Assembly (NCBI GenBank): GCA_965197525.1
Contig: OZ240211.1
Span: 416,001 to 480,000 of the forward strand
Source of the DNA: Nitrosopumilus sp.
GTDB taxonomy: Archaea; Thermoproteota; Nitrososphaeria; Nitrososphaerales; Nitrosopumilaceae
DNA: 64,000 nt
Reading direction: 5' to 3'
The translations under genes and the position numbers were made by a program. The number at the start of each line of letters is the position of its first letter. The first letter of the stretch is position 1. The notes beneath the pieces were generated by a model. The model saw only the letters and a list, made by a program, of their open reading frames with translations, was not told the DNA's origin and did no database searches. Of this stretch, positions 38,978 to 50,034 are shown piece after piece.

Positions 38978-40543
38978 TTGACACACAATTCCTCACACCC
39001 TACAAATCCAAAATTATTCTTTGACAAAGGTACAATTTGTATTAGAGATGCAAAATTAGTAAGAATTCCAAACACAAAATATGATGATAAAAACCATGTA
39101 CTTCGATCATATGCTTTGAACTATCAGGATATTGTAGATTATTTAGAAAAAAGTGATCTTGATTTTATCGACAAGGTACAGGATTTGATTCCATCACATA
39201 CGCTACAAATAAGAGATTTAAAACTACGAGACTATCAAAGACAAGCAGTAAAAAACTGGGAAGAAGCATCAATGAGGGGTTGTGTTGTACTGCCCACAGG
39301 CGCAGGAAAGACTGCCATAGGAATAAAAGCAATTCAAGTAGTGAATTCTTCAACACTAGTTATAGTACCAACCATTGATTTGATGGAGCAGTGGATTGAA
39401 AACATCTCCAAGTACTTGTTTGTGGATAATATTGACAATGGTAATGGTAATGGCGGTAATAACAAAAACGACAACGGCATGGACGGCAATACGGTACAAA
39501 AACTAACCATCGGCAGATTAGGCGGAGGAGAGGAAGACATCCAAGCAATCACAGTAACAACTTATGATTCTGCATATCTAAAAGCATCAAATATTGGAAA
39601 TAAATTTAAATTTATAATATTTGATGAGGTCCATCATCTTCCAGCACAAGGATATCGCACTATTGCAGAACAGTTTACATCACCGTACAGATTGGGATTG
39701 ACTGCAACGATACAAAGAGAAGATCAGCTACACGAGTTGATACCCCAGCTTGTTGGAGGTGTTGTGTTTGAGACAGATTCAAAACAGCTGTCATCACAAA
39801 GTTATCTAGCAGAACATACCATCAATAGAATACAAATAAATCTAACACCAGACGAACAAAAAGAGTACGATACCAATTATACAAAATTTCTAACAAATCT
39901 AAAACAGCTTGGATTCAAAGGCGGGCCGTCATTTTATAATCTCAAACAGCTAATCATGATCTCAAACAAAAACAAGATGGCAAGACAAGCAATACTTGCT
40001 AAAAATAAAGCAAACGAGATAGCATTAAATAGTCAGGCAAAGATAGAGAGGCTCAAATCCATATTAGAAGAGAATGCACATACAAAGACAATAATTTTTA
40101 CACAGAATAACAAAATGGTTTACAAGATATCTGACAGATTTTTAATTCCATTTATCACATACAAGACAGTAAAAGATGAGAGAAGGGATGTGCTAAAAGG
40201 ATTCAAATCCAACAGGTATAACGCAATTGTAACATCCAAGGTTTTAGATGAAGGAGTGGACGTTCCAGACGTAGAATTAGGAATAATAATTAGTGGAACA
40301 GGCAGTAAGAGAGAGATAATACAGAGGCTAGGAAGACTGCTAAGACCAAAACGAGATGGCAGAAAAGCAAAACTTGTTGAACTAGTCTCAAGCCACACGC
40401 ATGAAACAAGAACTAGTGCAAAGAGAATGTCAGCACTAAAAGAAAAGAACAGGAGTGCCCCCTCCTCTGTTACGACTGTCGTTACTACGACAGATATAAG
40501 AGATAAAACGAGCACAAAAACGTCAAATAAGGAGGAGGGGTAA
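38978..40543 (+). CDS. xpb: XPB/Rad25-like SF2 helicase
   Basis: LRDYQ, LPTGAGKT, DEVH, TAT, LDEGVDVP and QRLGRLLRP. Confidence 0.9.
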   Translation: MTHNSSHPTNPKLFFDKGTICIRDAKLVRIPNTKYDDKNHVLRSYALNYQDIVDYLEKSDLDFIDKVQDLIPSHTLQIRDLKLRDYQRQAVKNWEEASMRGCVVLPTGAGKTAIGIKAIQVVNSSTLVIVPTIDLMEQWIENISKYLFVDNIDNGNGNGGNNKNDNGMDGNTVQKLTIGRLGGGEEDIQAITVTTYDSAYLKASNIGNKFKFIIFDEVHHLPAQGYRTIAEQFTSPYRLGLTATIQREDQLHELIPQLVGGVVFETDSKQLSSQSYLAEHTINRIQINLTPDEQKEYDTNYTKFLTNLKQLGFKGGPSFYNLKQLIMISNKNKMARQAILAKNKANEIALNSQAKIERLKSILEENAHTKTIIFTQNNKMVYKISDRFLIPFITYKTVKDERRDVLKGFKSNRYNAIVTSKVLDEGVDVPDVELGIIISGTGSKREIIQRLGRLLRPKRDGRKAKLVELVSSHTHETRTSAKRMSALKEKNRSAPSSVTTVVTTTDIRDKTSTKTSNKEEG

Positions 40544-40551
40544 TAGTAGTA

Positions 40552-42246
40552 GTGCTCTCATCAGATCTGCTGCGAACGAGGATTAGTCGTGGACGTATTG
40601 CCCCAATATTCTGCAGTACAAATTTTGGCAAGGGGACAGACTATGAACTTGCCAACAAAATTATCACATCTTTTGTAGATGCCAAAAAAAATAATCAGAC
40701 AAAGGGTCAGATGATAGAGAACATGACCGCAATCGAATTACAATATGATCATAAACTAGTTAGAGGACTATTTGCATTACTTGAGAGGCGTTCTACATTT
40801 CAGAGAGTTCAACTCTCTGGCAGTACGTCAACTCCTCAAACTATTAGACAGATATTGTTTGAAGAGTCATCAAAACGAGGTTTAGCATTATCGGTATCAC
40901 AGAGACAAGACATAATAAAACAGGTTGCGCAACAGATGCATCTGCATCCAGAAGAGATAGAGACTGCAATGTGGAGTGATAAAGAAGAGAACCTAGTACT
41001 AGTACAATTTGATACCATTAGCCCAAAAGATTTAATTTTGTGGTACAATCTGTCACTAGCCCAAACACTCCTATTCAAGTGTACAGGACTAGAATTTTAT
41101 GTAAAGGGAGGAATGCATTGGAAACGCGTACTAAGAGATGTAAAGAAATACGGATTGATGTACAGTTTAGAGCATGAAAAGTATAACGACGGAAAAGGCA
41201 ACAAAGACTCTTCTATAAAATGCGTTTTGGATGGACCTCTTAGTCTGTTTAAAATGACTGATAAATACGGAACATCCATGGCAAAATTGTTACCATCAAT
41301 AGTAGGCACACCAACATGGAGAATAAACGGTTCAATAGTCAGAAAAAACGAGAATGGGCAAAAGATCTACGAGTTTGAGCTATCAGATGAGAACACAAAA
41401 GATGTAATCCGAGAGGTAGCCGATGCAGCATACCAAGATAATGATTATGATGACCGAATATACGATAGCTCAGGTGAGGCAGCATTTGCAAAAAAATTCT
41501 CTCAATACTTTGATCAGCAAGACAAACTCGGATGGAGAATTTCACGTGAACCGGATCCATTGATTGCCAACGGAAAAGCCATGATACCTGATTTTCTCTT
41601 TGAGAGATTCGGACGAAGAGTATATCTAGAGATTGTAGGATTTTGGACAAGAGAATACCTTGACAGAAAGGCAGCCAAGCTCAAGGCATTGTTTGATAAT
41701 AACGACAATACAGACCAGAAAAGCAATGACAAAGTTGATCTCTTGGTGGCAGTAAACTCAGAATTGGCATGCTCACAGATAAAGAGCATCTCATATGATA
41801 GAATTTTCACCTTTCAAAAAGATGTCCCAATAAAACCTATTTTAGAACATTTAAAAAAAATTGACGCTCAAATTCTCAAAGAGAAGATTAGTAACACCGT
41901 AATCAATCTTGAAGAAAGCAATTCAGATATAATTTCTATAAAAGACGTTGCAGACAGATACCATATCCCAAAACAGGCAGCAGTGCAGATTATCTCTAAA
42001 AGATATCCTAATAGTTATGTCGTACTAGAGTCGCATCTAATATCAAAAGACAAGGCAGACATCATAAACAATATGATATCAGAAATTTCAGAGTTTGTCC
42101 AAGCATGCAAGATATTGACATTGCAGAAAATTCCCGATTCATGTCATGCCGAACTGATATCAAAGTTAGGTTATGATGTAATTTGGAGTGATCTAAACCC
42201 AAATAACGCAAAGATTGTAAAGATAGCAACAAGTAATTCTATATAA
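40552..42246 (+). CDS. bax1: Bax1 (DUF790-family) endonuclease, partner of XPB
   Basis: DGPLSLF...KYG..MAKLLP and IPDFLFER...YLEIVGFWT.EYL.RK. Lies directly downstream of xpb. Confidence 0.88.
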   Translation: MLSSDLLRTRISRGRIAPIFCSTNFGKGTDYELANKIITSFVDAKKNNQTKGQMIENMTAIELQYDHKLVRGLFALLERRSTFQRVQLSGSTSTPQTIRQILFEESSKRGLALSVSQRQDIIKQVAQQMHLHPEEIETAMWSDKEENLVLVQFDTISPKDLILWYNLSLAQTLLFKCTGLEFYVKGGMHWKRVLRDVKKYGLMYSLEHEKYNDGKGNKDSSIKCVLDGPLSLFKMTDKYGTSMAKLLPSIVGTPTWRINGSIVRKNENGQKIYEFELSDENTKDVIREVADAAYQDNDYDDRIYDSSGEAAFAKKFSQYFDQQDKLGWRISREPDPLIANGKAMIPDFLFERFGRRVYLEIVGFWTREYLDRKAAKLKALFDNNDNTDQKSNDKVDLLVAVNSELACSQIKSISYDRIFTFQKDVPIKPILEHLKKIDAQILKEKISNTVINLEESNSDIISIKDVADRYHIPKQAAVQIISKRYPNSYVVLESHLISKDKADIINNMISEISEFVQACKILTLQKIPDSCHAELISKLGYDVIWSDLNPNNAKIVKIATSNSI

Positions 42247-42317
42247 TTGGTATGACATTGTTGAGGGTATTTACTGCCATTCGATGAACAATACGATCAT
42301 CATCAAAATACTTTGAT

Positions 42318-42656
42318 CTAGTTTAGATCAGATGCGTCAACTTTTCCGACAAATACCTTGTTATCCATTATTACTATAGGACGCAGAATCAACCCAGGGT
42401 ATTGTACCATTAGCTTGATTATCTGGGTATCTGATTTGACAGATTCATCCAAACCAAGTTCTTTGTACATTTTATCTCGTTTTCTTAAAAGTTCTGAGGG
42501 GGTTTTGCCTGTCATCTGAATTATCTTTCCAAGCTCTTGCTCTGAGAACGGATCCTTGAAGAAATCTCTTGTTTGGATGTCCAGATTCATTCGTTGAATT
42601 TCTGTTATCGCTTTTTTACATGTGATACATTGAGTCTTGTGGAATATTTTTTTCAA
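42318..42656 (-). CDS. ArsC/Spx-family protein
   Basis: CITCKKA, RDFFKDP and PGLILRPIV. Confidence 0.85.
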   Translation of the reverse strand: MKKIFHKTQCITCKKAITEIQRMNLDIQTRDFFKDPFSEQELGKIIQMTGKTPSELLRKRDKMYKELGLDESVKSDTQIIKLMVQYPGLILRPIVIMDNKVFVGKVDASDLN

Positions 42657-42891
42657 TGCGATTCATTGATACAATCTGAATAGACACTAAAAATTGTTTA
42701 TATGGCAGACATGTAAACGCAGGTTCTGCTGAAATTCTCCTTAGTGCTCCAAGACAGACAGGTAGCTGAACTGCCAGACAGAAGACGTGCTTGCCAGAAC
42801 GCAATCCGTTAAGAAAACCCAGACTACAAGGCACAAACATCATATAAATATAGAAAAAATTCAAATTCTACTTTGGTATACTAGTAACAGG

Positions 42892-43026
42892 ATGATTTGT
42901 GCTGCATGTGAGACAAGAAAGCATTTTGAATGTATAGATTGTATGAATAATCACAGTACTCATTTATGCAGCTGTGATTGTCATGATGAGAACACCAAAC
43001 CCCATACAGTAAAAAGAGAGCATTAG
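42892..43026 (+). CDS. Small Cys/His-rich protein (44 aa)
   Basis: MICAACETRKHFECIDCMNNHSTHLCSCDCH. Internal ATG of the listed ORF, 7 Cys. Confidence 0.5.
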   Translation: MICAACETRKHFECIDCMNNHSTHLCSCDCHDENTKPHTVKREH

Positions 43027-43030
43027 ACAG

Positions 43031-43705
43031 TCAGTTCTTGAACTTTCTTTCAATCTCAGAGGCCATTAGTTCTAGACGGCTAGTATCACCCAATTTTCGA
43101 TAGGTTAATTTTTCAAGAGTCTTGATAATGCTAATAGCCGATCGGTATTGCGGGATTCCGGGATCATTTAACTCGCCATACATGCCAATTCCTTGAATAT
43201 CATTCTTTTTGGCAAAGCCTAGAATCAATCCATTAAATCCTGTAATTACTGATTTAGGAGTCATCTCTACATCCAAATTTTTTATTTGATCAGTTAACTG
43301 CATGGATGTTGTAGTAATGAATGTCTTGGGTTTATTGCCAAATATTCGATTCGTGTGAAGCCCTCCCAACGTATAGATAAATTTTACAGAGTGTTTTTTT
43401 GCAACATCAATGACATCTTGGCACAAGTCATACAAATCTGTTATTTGTGGCTGACCTTTACCGCCTCCAAATACTATCAAATCATCTGTGTATTTGTATT
43501 CCCAACACTCATCAGGGAGATCAATGTATCCGCCCCTATCCAAAACATATGTAGGAGATAATGTTCGTGCAGTTCTAAATGTATGGGTTCCAAGAGAGCT
43601 ATTGATAAAATTAATTACAATGTTTCCAACATTGCCCATATCCTGCATAGCAGCAATTAGTATGGGTTTCTGTACGTCAGGCTCTACATTTTGGGCAAAC
43701 TCCAT
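43031..43705 (-). CDS. PAC2-family (proteasome assembly chaperone-like) protein
   Basis: DMGNVG, IYTLGG and GFNGLILGFAK...GIGMYGE. Confidence 0.82.
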   Translation of the reverse strand: MEFAQNVEPDVQKPILIAAMQDMGNVGNIVINFINSSLGTHTFRTARTLSPTYVLDRGGYIDLPDECWEYKYTDDLIVFGGGKGQPQITDLYDLCQDVIDVAKKHSVKFIYTLGGLHTNRIFGNKPKTFITTTSMQLTDQIKNLDVEMTPKSVITGFNGLILGFAKKNDIQGIGMYGELNDPGIPQYRSAISIIKTLEKLTYRKLGDTSRLELMASEIERKFKN

Positions 43706-44122
43706 ATGACATAATAGAATTTAACAAAGTTTAAACTTACTGCAAGATATAGTAGTGTTTTTTATTATGTGATACTTGTTGTGTTAACGTTATTCAGTTG
43801 GCATAGATGACTGCTGTTATTTATCACTATTTTATGAAATTTGATAATCAAATAATTTCTTATAGAAGAAGAAAAGGATGCACTATTTGAGAGTTTTTTT
43901 AGTTGATTTGTCTAATAGTGTTGATAATAGCTACAGTACCGGCACTAGCCGCTACCGAATATGCACCTCACATACAGTGATATAATATAACTATCAAAAA
44001 ATTATTCCTTAAAACTTGACAACTACTCTTATTTTAACTCTTGTGGCAACCCGATTTGCGTTTTAATGTAAATCTGCAAATATCAAGATTCATAAGGCAA
44101 AAAAAATTTCTAATGACAAATT

Positions 44123-45846
44123 ATGGAGATCAACGCAGAAAATATTGGCACACTGGAGTATGTGCTGGACAAATACTCAAAGATCTGGTGCTGGAAGATT
44201 ACAGGTGAGCGTGCAGTGAGCATGATATCAAGACTTGTTCCCGAAGCTTGGTATGGTGAGAGTATCAACGAAGTGATAATTCCAGATACGGTTGAGAGTG
44301 TCAAGCAGTTAAAACTCATAATGGAGCGATATCCGCTAACGATTTTGTCAAAGTCAGCATGGCAACGAAAGATTGTAAAGACATATGACCCAAAGCCTGC
44401 AATGCCGCTTGTCAAGTTAAGCTGAAACGTGCAAAAGCAGGTGAACAGTTCAGAGGAAAGTTATTGAACTTTCAAAAAGAGGGACTAGACTTTCTAATAA
44501 AATCATCAGGTAATGCACTGTTAGCAGATGAGATGGGACTTGGAAAGACCGTACAGACATTGGCTTATGCTGCAACAGAAAAGCAGACGTTTCCCATACT
44601 AGTCGTAGCTCCGCTAGTCACATTAAACAATTGGGAGCGAGAGATTGAAAAATTTCTAAAGAAAAAGAGCAGGAATGGAAGAATCGTAGATGCGGAATCC
44701 CCTAGTGTGACAATTATACGAACAGGAAAGTCGCAAGAACTGCCAAAGACTGACATCTACATTATCAACTATGAATTGCTCTTCAAGAGGAAAGATGACC
44801 TGTCAAAACTTGGAATAAAAACAATAGTATGTGACGAGGTACACAATCTACGATCAAAGACTACACAGAAATACAAGGCAGTAAAGAAACTAGCGGCGTT
44901 GCCTGCAATTAGGTACAGAATCGGTCTTTCAGGTACCCCAATTTACAATCGTGGTTCAGAGATATGGCCAATAATTGACATAATAAAACCAGGTCTGTTA
45001 GGAAATTTTAAAGAATTTTGTGAGTACTTTTGTTATGTCAATGATAAGGGCAAGGCAATAGTACTAGAGAATAAACGAGCATCACTTAGAAACGAGCTAC
45101 AAAAGCATGTAATGCTGCGAAGAAAAAAGTCAGATGTTCTAAAAGAGCTTAAAGACAAAGTCAGATACAAAGAGATCATAGCAGCTGACACGGACTACTA
45201 TCTAGAAGAGTTAGATAAGATATGGAAAAAGGTAGAGACGGAACAAAAAGATGCGGATAGCGAGTTCTCAAAATCGGCATCATACTATAGAGCAATACAA
45301 AGTGAGAGACAGATTGCAGGTATTGCAAAACTACCGCATGTAATCAATTTCGTTAAAAACATCATGGAGATTGAAGAGAGTGTAGTGGTGTTCTGCCACC
45401 ACAAAGTGATTCACAAGTTACTCCATGAAAGTCTGCAAGAATTCTCACCTGTATCAATTATTGGAGGGCAGTCAGATCCACAAAGACAGGAGAACATTGA
45501 CAAATTCCAAAAAGGCGAATCAAAACTAATGATCGCAGGAATTCGTGCAGGTAATGTTGGAATCAATCTCACAAAGGCCAAATACGTCATATTTTCAGAA
45601 CTTGATTGGAGTCCGGCCATTCACAGACAGGCAGAAGACAGGCTGCATAGAATAGGTCAAAAGAATACAGTATTTGCATATTATTTGATCGGAAGCGGTA
45701 CGCTAGATGACCATGTGGCAGACATACTAGTGGACAAGAGTTATGAGATTGATGAGATTATGGATGAAACAGTAGACAGTTATGAGAACAAAGACAAGGC
45801 AGAACTTATCTTGGCACAAATACAAGACAAGGTTCGTTCAAAATAG
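44123..45846 (+). pseudogene. SNF2-family helicase split by a single frameshift near 44417
   Basis: The N-terminal ORF ends ...VKLS* at 44425. A shifted frame continues KLKRAKAGEQFRGKLLNFQKEG into ADEMGLGKT, DEVH and QAEDRLHRIGQ. Confidence 0.8.
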
Positions 45847-45896
45847 TACTATGGACAACAACGAATATCTACACAAGCGTTCATAATTCAAAACAA

Positions 45897-46514
45897 TTAG
45901 ATTTTCAACTGGTCCTTTAGTTGGTACAACTTTGCAAGGATTGAATCTTTCTCTAGTTGATTAAACTCCATATCCCGAATCTCCTGTACTATCTCGTCTA
46001 TCTTAGATAGGATCTCTACTTGGGGTTTTATCGCATCAGTTGCAATATTGGCAAAACCGTCTACATCCGTTTTGTCTATACGTTGCACGCCTTTGGGTAA
46101 GATTTCAAAAACTTTTACCAGTCTTTCCTCTTGTCTTTGCGGCGACATTAACACAAACTGGTTCTTTCGCAACTCTTCGATATGTAGTACAATGTCATCG
46201 TGAGGAATCTTTAGAATATTAACAATTTGTTGTATAGTACATGACTTTATCTGTAATAGCCTCAGTATCTTTGCCCAAACAGGAATGTTCTTACTCCATA
46301 GAATCTCGCGAGCAGTATCAGTAATGGAAAATGAGCCGTCAGAGCTGTTTAATGTTAACATCTGTCTATCTTTGAGTGTAGCAAGACAGTCCAAAAGTTT
46401 GCCAACACCTAGTCTTTTCAACTCAGAGTGTTCTAAATGATTTTCATTGAATGCGCCATTTTGATTAATTGCCAGATGCAAGATCTCAAGATCTATTGTG
46501 CCCAATCTCCGCAT
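45897..46514 (-). CDS. Hypothetical protein with winged-helix domains
   Basis: 205-aa ORF containing TIQQIVNILKI...HIEELRKNQFV. Confidence 0.7.
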   Translation of the reverse strand: MRRLGTIDLEILHLAINQNGAFNENHLEHSELKRLGVGKLLDCLATLKDRQMLTLNSSDGSFSITDTAREILWSKNIPVWAKILRLLQIKSCTIQQIVNILKIPHDDIVLHIEELRKNQFVLMSPQRQEERLVKVFEILPKGVQRIDKTDVDGFANIATDAIKPQVEILSKIDEIVQEIRDMEFNQLEKDSILAKLYQLKDQLKI

Positions 46515-46813
46515 ACCGTTATGGCAGTATCAATATTTATCACTCTTTCTACCAGGCAATCTTTGCAAATAAAGATAAACGCGGTACCCGAATATGTCAT
46601 TGGAATTCATAAAAAAGAACGCCTCTTACATCCTAACAGATTTACAAAAAGATGATACTATTATGATGATGATAATTATGATGCATCTCTCCTCTGATTA
46701 TTATATCAAACATAAACATCACTGTAGCCGTCATAAATGCATCTAAAGACCGTACTATCATAGTAACAACACAAGTCCTTGAAGAATATATGAGGACCGG
46801 AATAATCTTGCTT

Positions 46814-47437
46814 GTGGTACAATATGAACTCCCAAGACTGCATTTTGGATATGAAGAGTTAGAGCCATTCATAGATAAAGAGACGATGCGGATTCATCAT
46901 CAAAAGCACCATCAGGAGTATGTTGACGGATTAAACAACACGCTTGAGGATATAAAAGGCACAGCGCACCCTCAATACATCTCATCAATTCTGAGTAATT
47001 TAGATACAATACCTGAATCAGGACGGGGGGCGATTAACTTTTTTGGAGGAGGGTTTGAGAATCACAGACTATTCTGGGAAACTATTACGCCTGATGGCAA
47101 AAAGCGGCCAAAAGGAGTGTTAGAGGATGCAATGGACATTTATTATAATTCTTTTGAGAATTTTAAAGAGATTTTTTCTAAAAAAGCGTTAGATATTCAA
47201 GGAAGTGGATGGTGCTGGCTGGTCTTCAATGAGACATATCATAAGATTGAGATCGTCACAACAAGAGACCATGACAGCCCATGGACCATCCAAAAATATC
47301 CTTTACTAGGATTGGATGTTTGGGAGCATGCATACTATTTACAATACCAGAACAGAAGATATGACTATATCAAAGCATGGTGGAATGTCATCAACTGGGA
47401 TTATGTGGAGAATAGATTTTCAGAATTTGCAAAATAA
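46814..47437 (+). CDS. sod: Fe/Mn superoxide dismutase
   Basis: ELEPFID.ETM.IHHQKHHQ, NH..FW, QGSGW and DVWEHAYY. GTG start at 46814 inferred. Confidence 0.96.
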   Translation: MVQYELPRLHFGYEELEPFIDKETMRIHHQKHHQEYVDGLNNTLEDIKGTAHPQYISSILSNLDTIPESGRGAINFFGGGFENHRLFWETITPDGKKRPKGVLEDAMDIYYNSFENFKEIFSKKALDIQGSGWCWLVFNETYHKIEIVTTRDHDSPWTIQKYPLLGLDVWEHAYYLQYQNRRYDYIKAWWNVINWDYVENRFSEFAK

Positions 47438-47679
47438 TAAAACAAAATATAGCACGATTTTGAAAGCCAACATAAATCTTCATAAATGATGATAAGTGAC
47501 GTCCAAATTATATCAGAATAATCAACAATCGTATCAGAATGCCATAGGTAGTATAGATGTCAGATGGCTGTTGTATGAATAATTCTAATTGATCTATAGT
47601 TTGTGTATTAACTAATAGCGCAATTATTAAAATGACGTATTGAAATCGTTTATAAAAATAGATATACGCTTAATGGTAA

Positions 47680-47994
47680 ATGAATAGGAAAATTGTATTG
47701 GGTATATTACTAGTGATAGCAGTACTATTCATTGCATCGAATTTACTTGATAGTATAACTGAGAATAATGATGATAATGACGGATCCAACATGTTTGTTA
47801 ATCGCATCGATTCAGAACAACCAGGAGATGATTGCCGTGAGTTAATATTTAGCGAAGATGAAAACAGTTGGATAGAATCAACAAATTCATTTGATGTTAC
47901 TATTAACGAGTGTGATGAAAAATTCCAAGAGTGTTATGCAAAGACAGGTAATGTTTACGTAGAACTTGTACAATGCTATAACGACATTCCATGA
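47680..47994 (+). CDS. Small secreted hypothetical protein
   Basis: N-terminal hydrophobic helix and four Cys. Confidence 0.55.
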   Translation: MNRKIVLGILLVIAVLFIASNLLDSITENNDDNDGSNMFVNRIDSEQPGDDCRELIFSEDENSWIESTNSFDVTINECDEKFQECYAKTGNVYVELVQCYNDIP

Positions 47995-48374
47995 TGATAG
48001 CATGTGAATTATGTATCAGAGGGTATCCATTGCGTAGAAGTATTGTAAAATTATAAACAAAAGGTCATGGTACATAGCATCAAGAGATCTTAAACAGCAA
48101 AGATGTCAGATATATGATTATCATAAGCGATTAATGATTTGAGAGCATGCAAAGAATGGAGAAGAGAGAAGGAAAGAGGAAACTATCGAACCAACGCATC
48201 TGCAAGACAAAGAAGTGTTATTGTAATTGCCCATTTGTTGATCTATTCAGGTAAAATCAAATTTTTTGTTGTCATTGTGAACACTTTACATTTGTTAAAT
48301 TATAAGACAAAATTATTATAAATATTAAGAGAATGAGCTGTATGATTTATCTTTGATCACGAATATGTTATAAC

Positions 48375-48749
48375 ATGAGCGTTACAGGTATGTATATTCT
48401 AAACTCAAAAGAGTACGATACAGAAAAAATTCACCAAGCCATTGAGATGTTATTTGTTGATAGAAAAAACGAGTTTCATGAACTAGCTGGTGTACTGTTG
48501 AATGAAAGAGTATATCAAAGCATACCAAATTGGAGAGAGTTTGTATTAAACTTTAGTCTAGATGTAGAGGAATCCTTCAAGACATGGTCAGGGCAAACTC
48601 CACTAGAAATAAAATCTCCACAAAAGGCACTAACACTGTTAAGACAGTTAGGACACGATATGACATCTATGAATCAACTTGCACATCTATTAAATTTATC
48701 ATACAACATTTCACTTGAATTCAAAGAGATCTATAGACGTCTAAAATAA
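48375..48749 (+). CDS. Hypothetical protein
   Basis: 124-aa ORF with typical coding composition. Confidence 0.7.
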   Translation: MSVTGMYILNSKEYDTEKIHQAIEMLFVDRKNEFHELAGVLLNERVYQSIPNWREFVLNFSLDVEESFKTWSGQTPLEIKSPQKALTLLRQLGHDMTSMNQLAHLLNLSYNISLEFKEIYRRLK

Positions 48750-49375
48750 TAGAAAAAATATTTTTCTTTCGTGTGTTATCAACTGCATTATAAAAAGCTG
48801 AATATGTCTGTTTGAAATACTCGCATACTGATGATGGAAGAATTAGATCTGAGCGCAAAAACAGATATTTGATTGATTGATGATGAATATACAACCTCGA
48901 AATCAAAAACATGTACAAACGCATTATTCATTTCATTATTACAGCGAGTTATCAAAAGATTTTTTCAAGCTAATGGTCGTTCCAAATTAAAACAAACAGA
49001 TTTAGTTACAATACATTTAAAACAGTTAAAAGATTTCACAGATCTACATCTTGATTATTATACTATTATACACATTTATCGATATTGATGCTTTAGTTTC
49101 ATTTGACAATACCACTATCTGTTTTTTATTTAAATAGATTTATTACAAATTGAATGTGTGATGATTTGGAATTTGTAATAATAACACATACTAGTGATTT
49201 GCTTTGATATGATATGACAGATTAGAGAGATTACAATAGATGTAAATCCATGCTATCGTGCAATAACAGAGAGCAATCAATATAAGAGCAAAGCCAATAC
49301 AAAGTTCAACGGAGGCATAAATAAACGTAGAACAGATGCTTTCAGGCAATACAGCATACGAAATCTAACAAAATA

Positions 49376-49660
49376 ATGGTTTTTATTTACAACATAATTA
49401 TCTCTTACATGGACTTTATGCTTGAAGAAGAATTGTTGGATTTGATGACATTTTGTCTTCAGAATCCGGATTCTACAGAGATGCAAACTAAATACAAAAG
49501 AATTACAGAGATAGGTCACGAGCTATACAACGACGGCGGCATTGATGCGTTAGAGAACTTTTTTTTCGTAGTTAAAAATCGAATTACAGAAGAAATAAAA
49601 AAAGATCCGTCCCCAATGCGTTACCTGTGGAACGGCATCACTGAAGAATGGAAGTACTAG
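49376..49660 (+). CDS. Hypothetical protein
   Basis: 94-aa ORF. The start may be M at 49409. Confidence 0.65.
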   Translation: MVFIYNIIISYMDFMLEEELLDLMTFCLQNPDSTEMQTKYKRITEIGHELYNDGGIDALENFFFVVKNRITEEIKKDPSPMRYLWNGITEEWKY

Positions 49661-49821
49661 GCGTTTACTGTAACGTCTATTCCTTTACCAATTCTAAAAA
49701 TAGCAGTATTGCATGTAGGGCATGTGCCTTTGATTGCAGGTTTGCCATTTTTCATGGTGTATGGTGAAGTGCCACTCATCTCTCGCTTATCTCGACACTT
49801 TACACAATATCCTATGGTCAT
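49657..49821 (-). CDS. Small Zn-ribbon protein (DUF5679-like, 54 aa), absent from the ORF track
   Basis: Manual translation: MTIGYCVKCRDKREMSGTSPYTMKNGKPAIKGTCPTCNTAIFRIGKGIDVTVNA. Confidence 0.8.
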   Translation of the reverse strand: MTIGYCVKCRDKREMSGTSPYTMKNGKPAIKGTCPTCNTAIFRIGKGIDVTVNA

Positions 49822-50034
49822 ACCTATTATAGGTTAAAGCCATATTAGCGAGAATAAGTTGAATTTTGTTCACTATTAGATAAATATCTGAAACGATTTA
49901 TCATGATATAATATAGTGTTTATGTTGTTATTGACATAAATAATGAATGATAAATAGACAAAGACGACAAAATATAAAAGATTTTCAGAAAAAAGACAAA
50001 TTTTTGGTATTTGTAAGGAAAACAAAACGCAGTA

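Noticed and set aside
38978-42246. xpb-bax1 pair as a novel defence helicase-nuclease system
   Set aside because: This is an established archaeal XPB-Bax1 DNA repair module.
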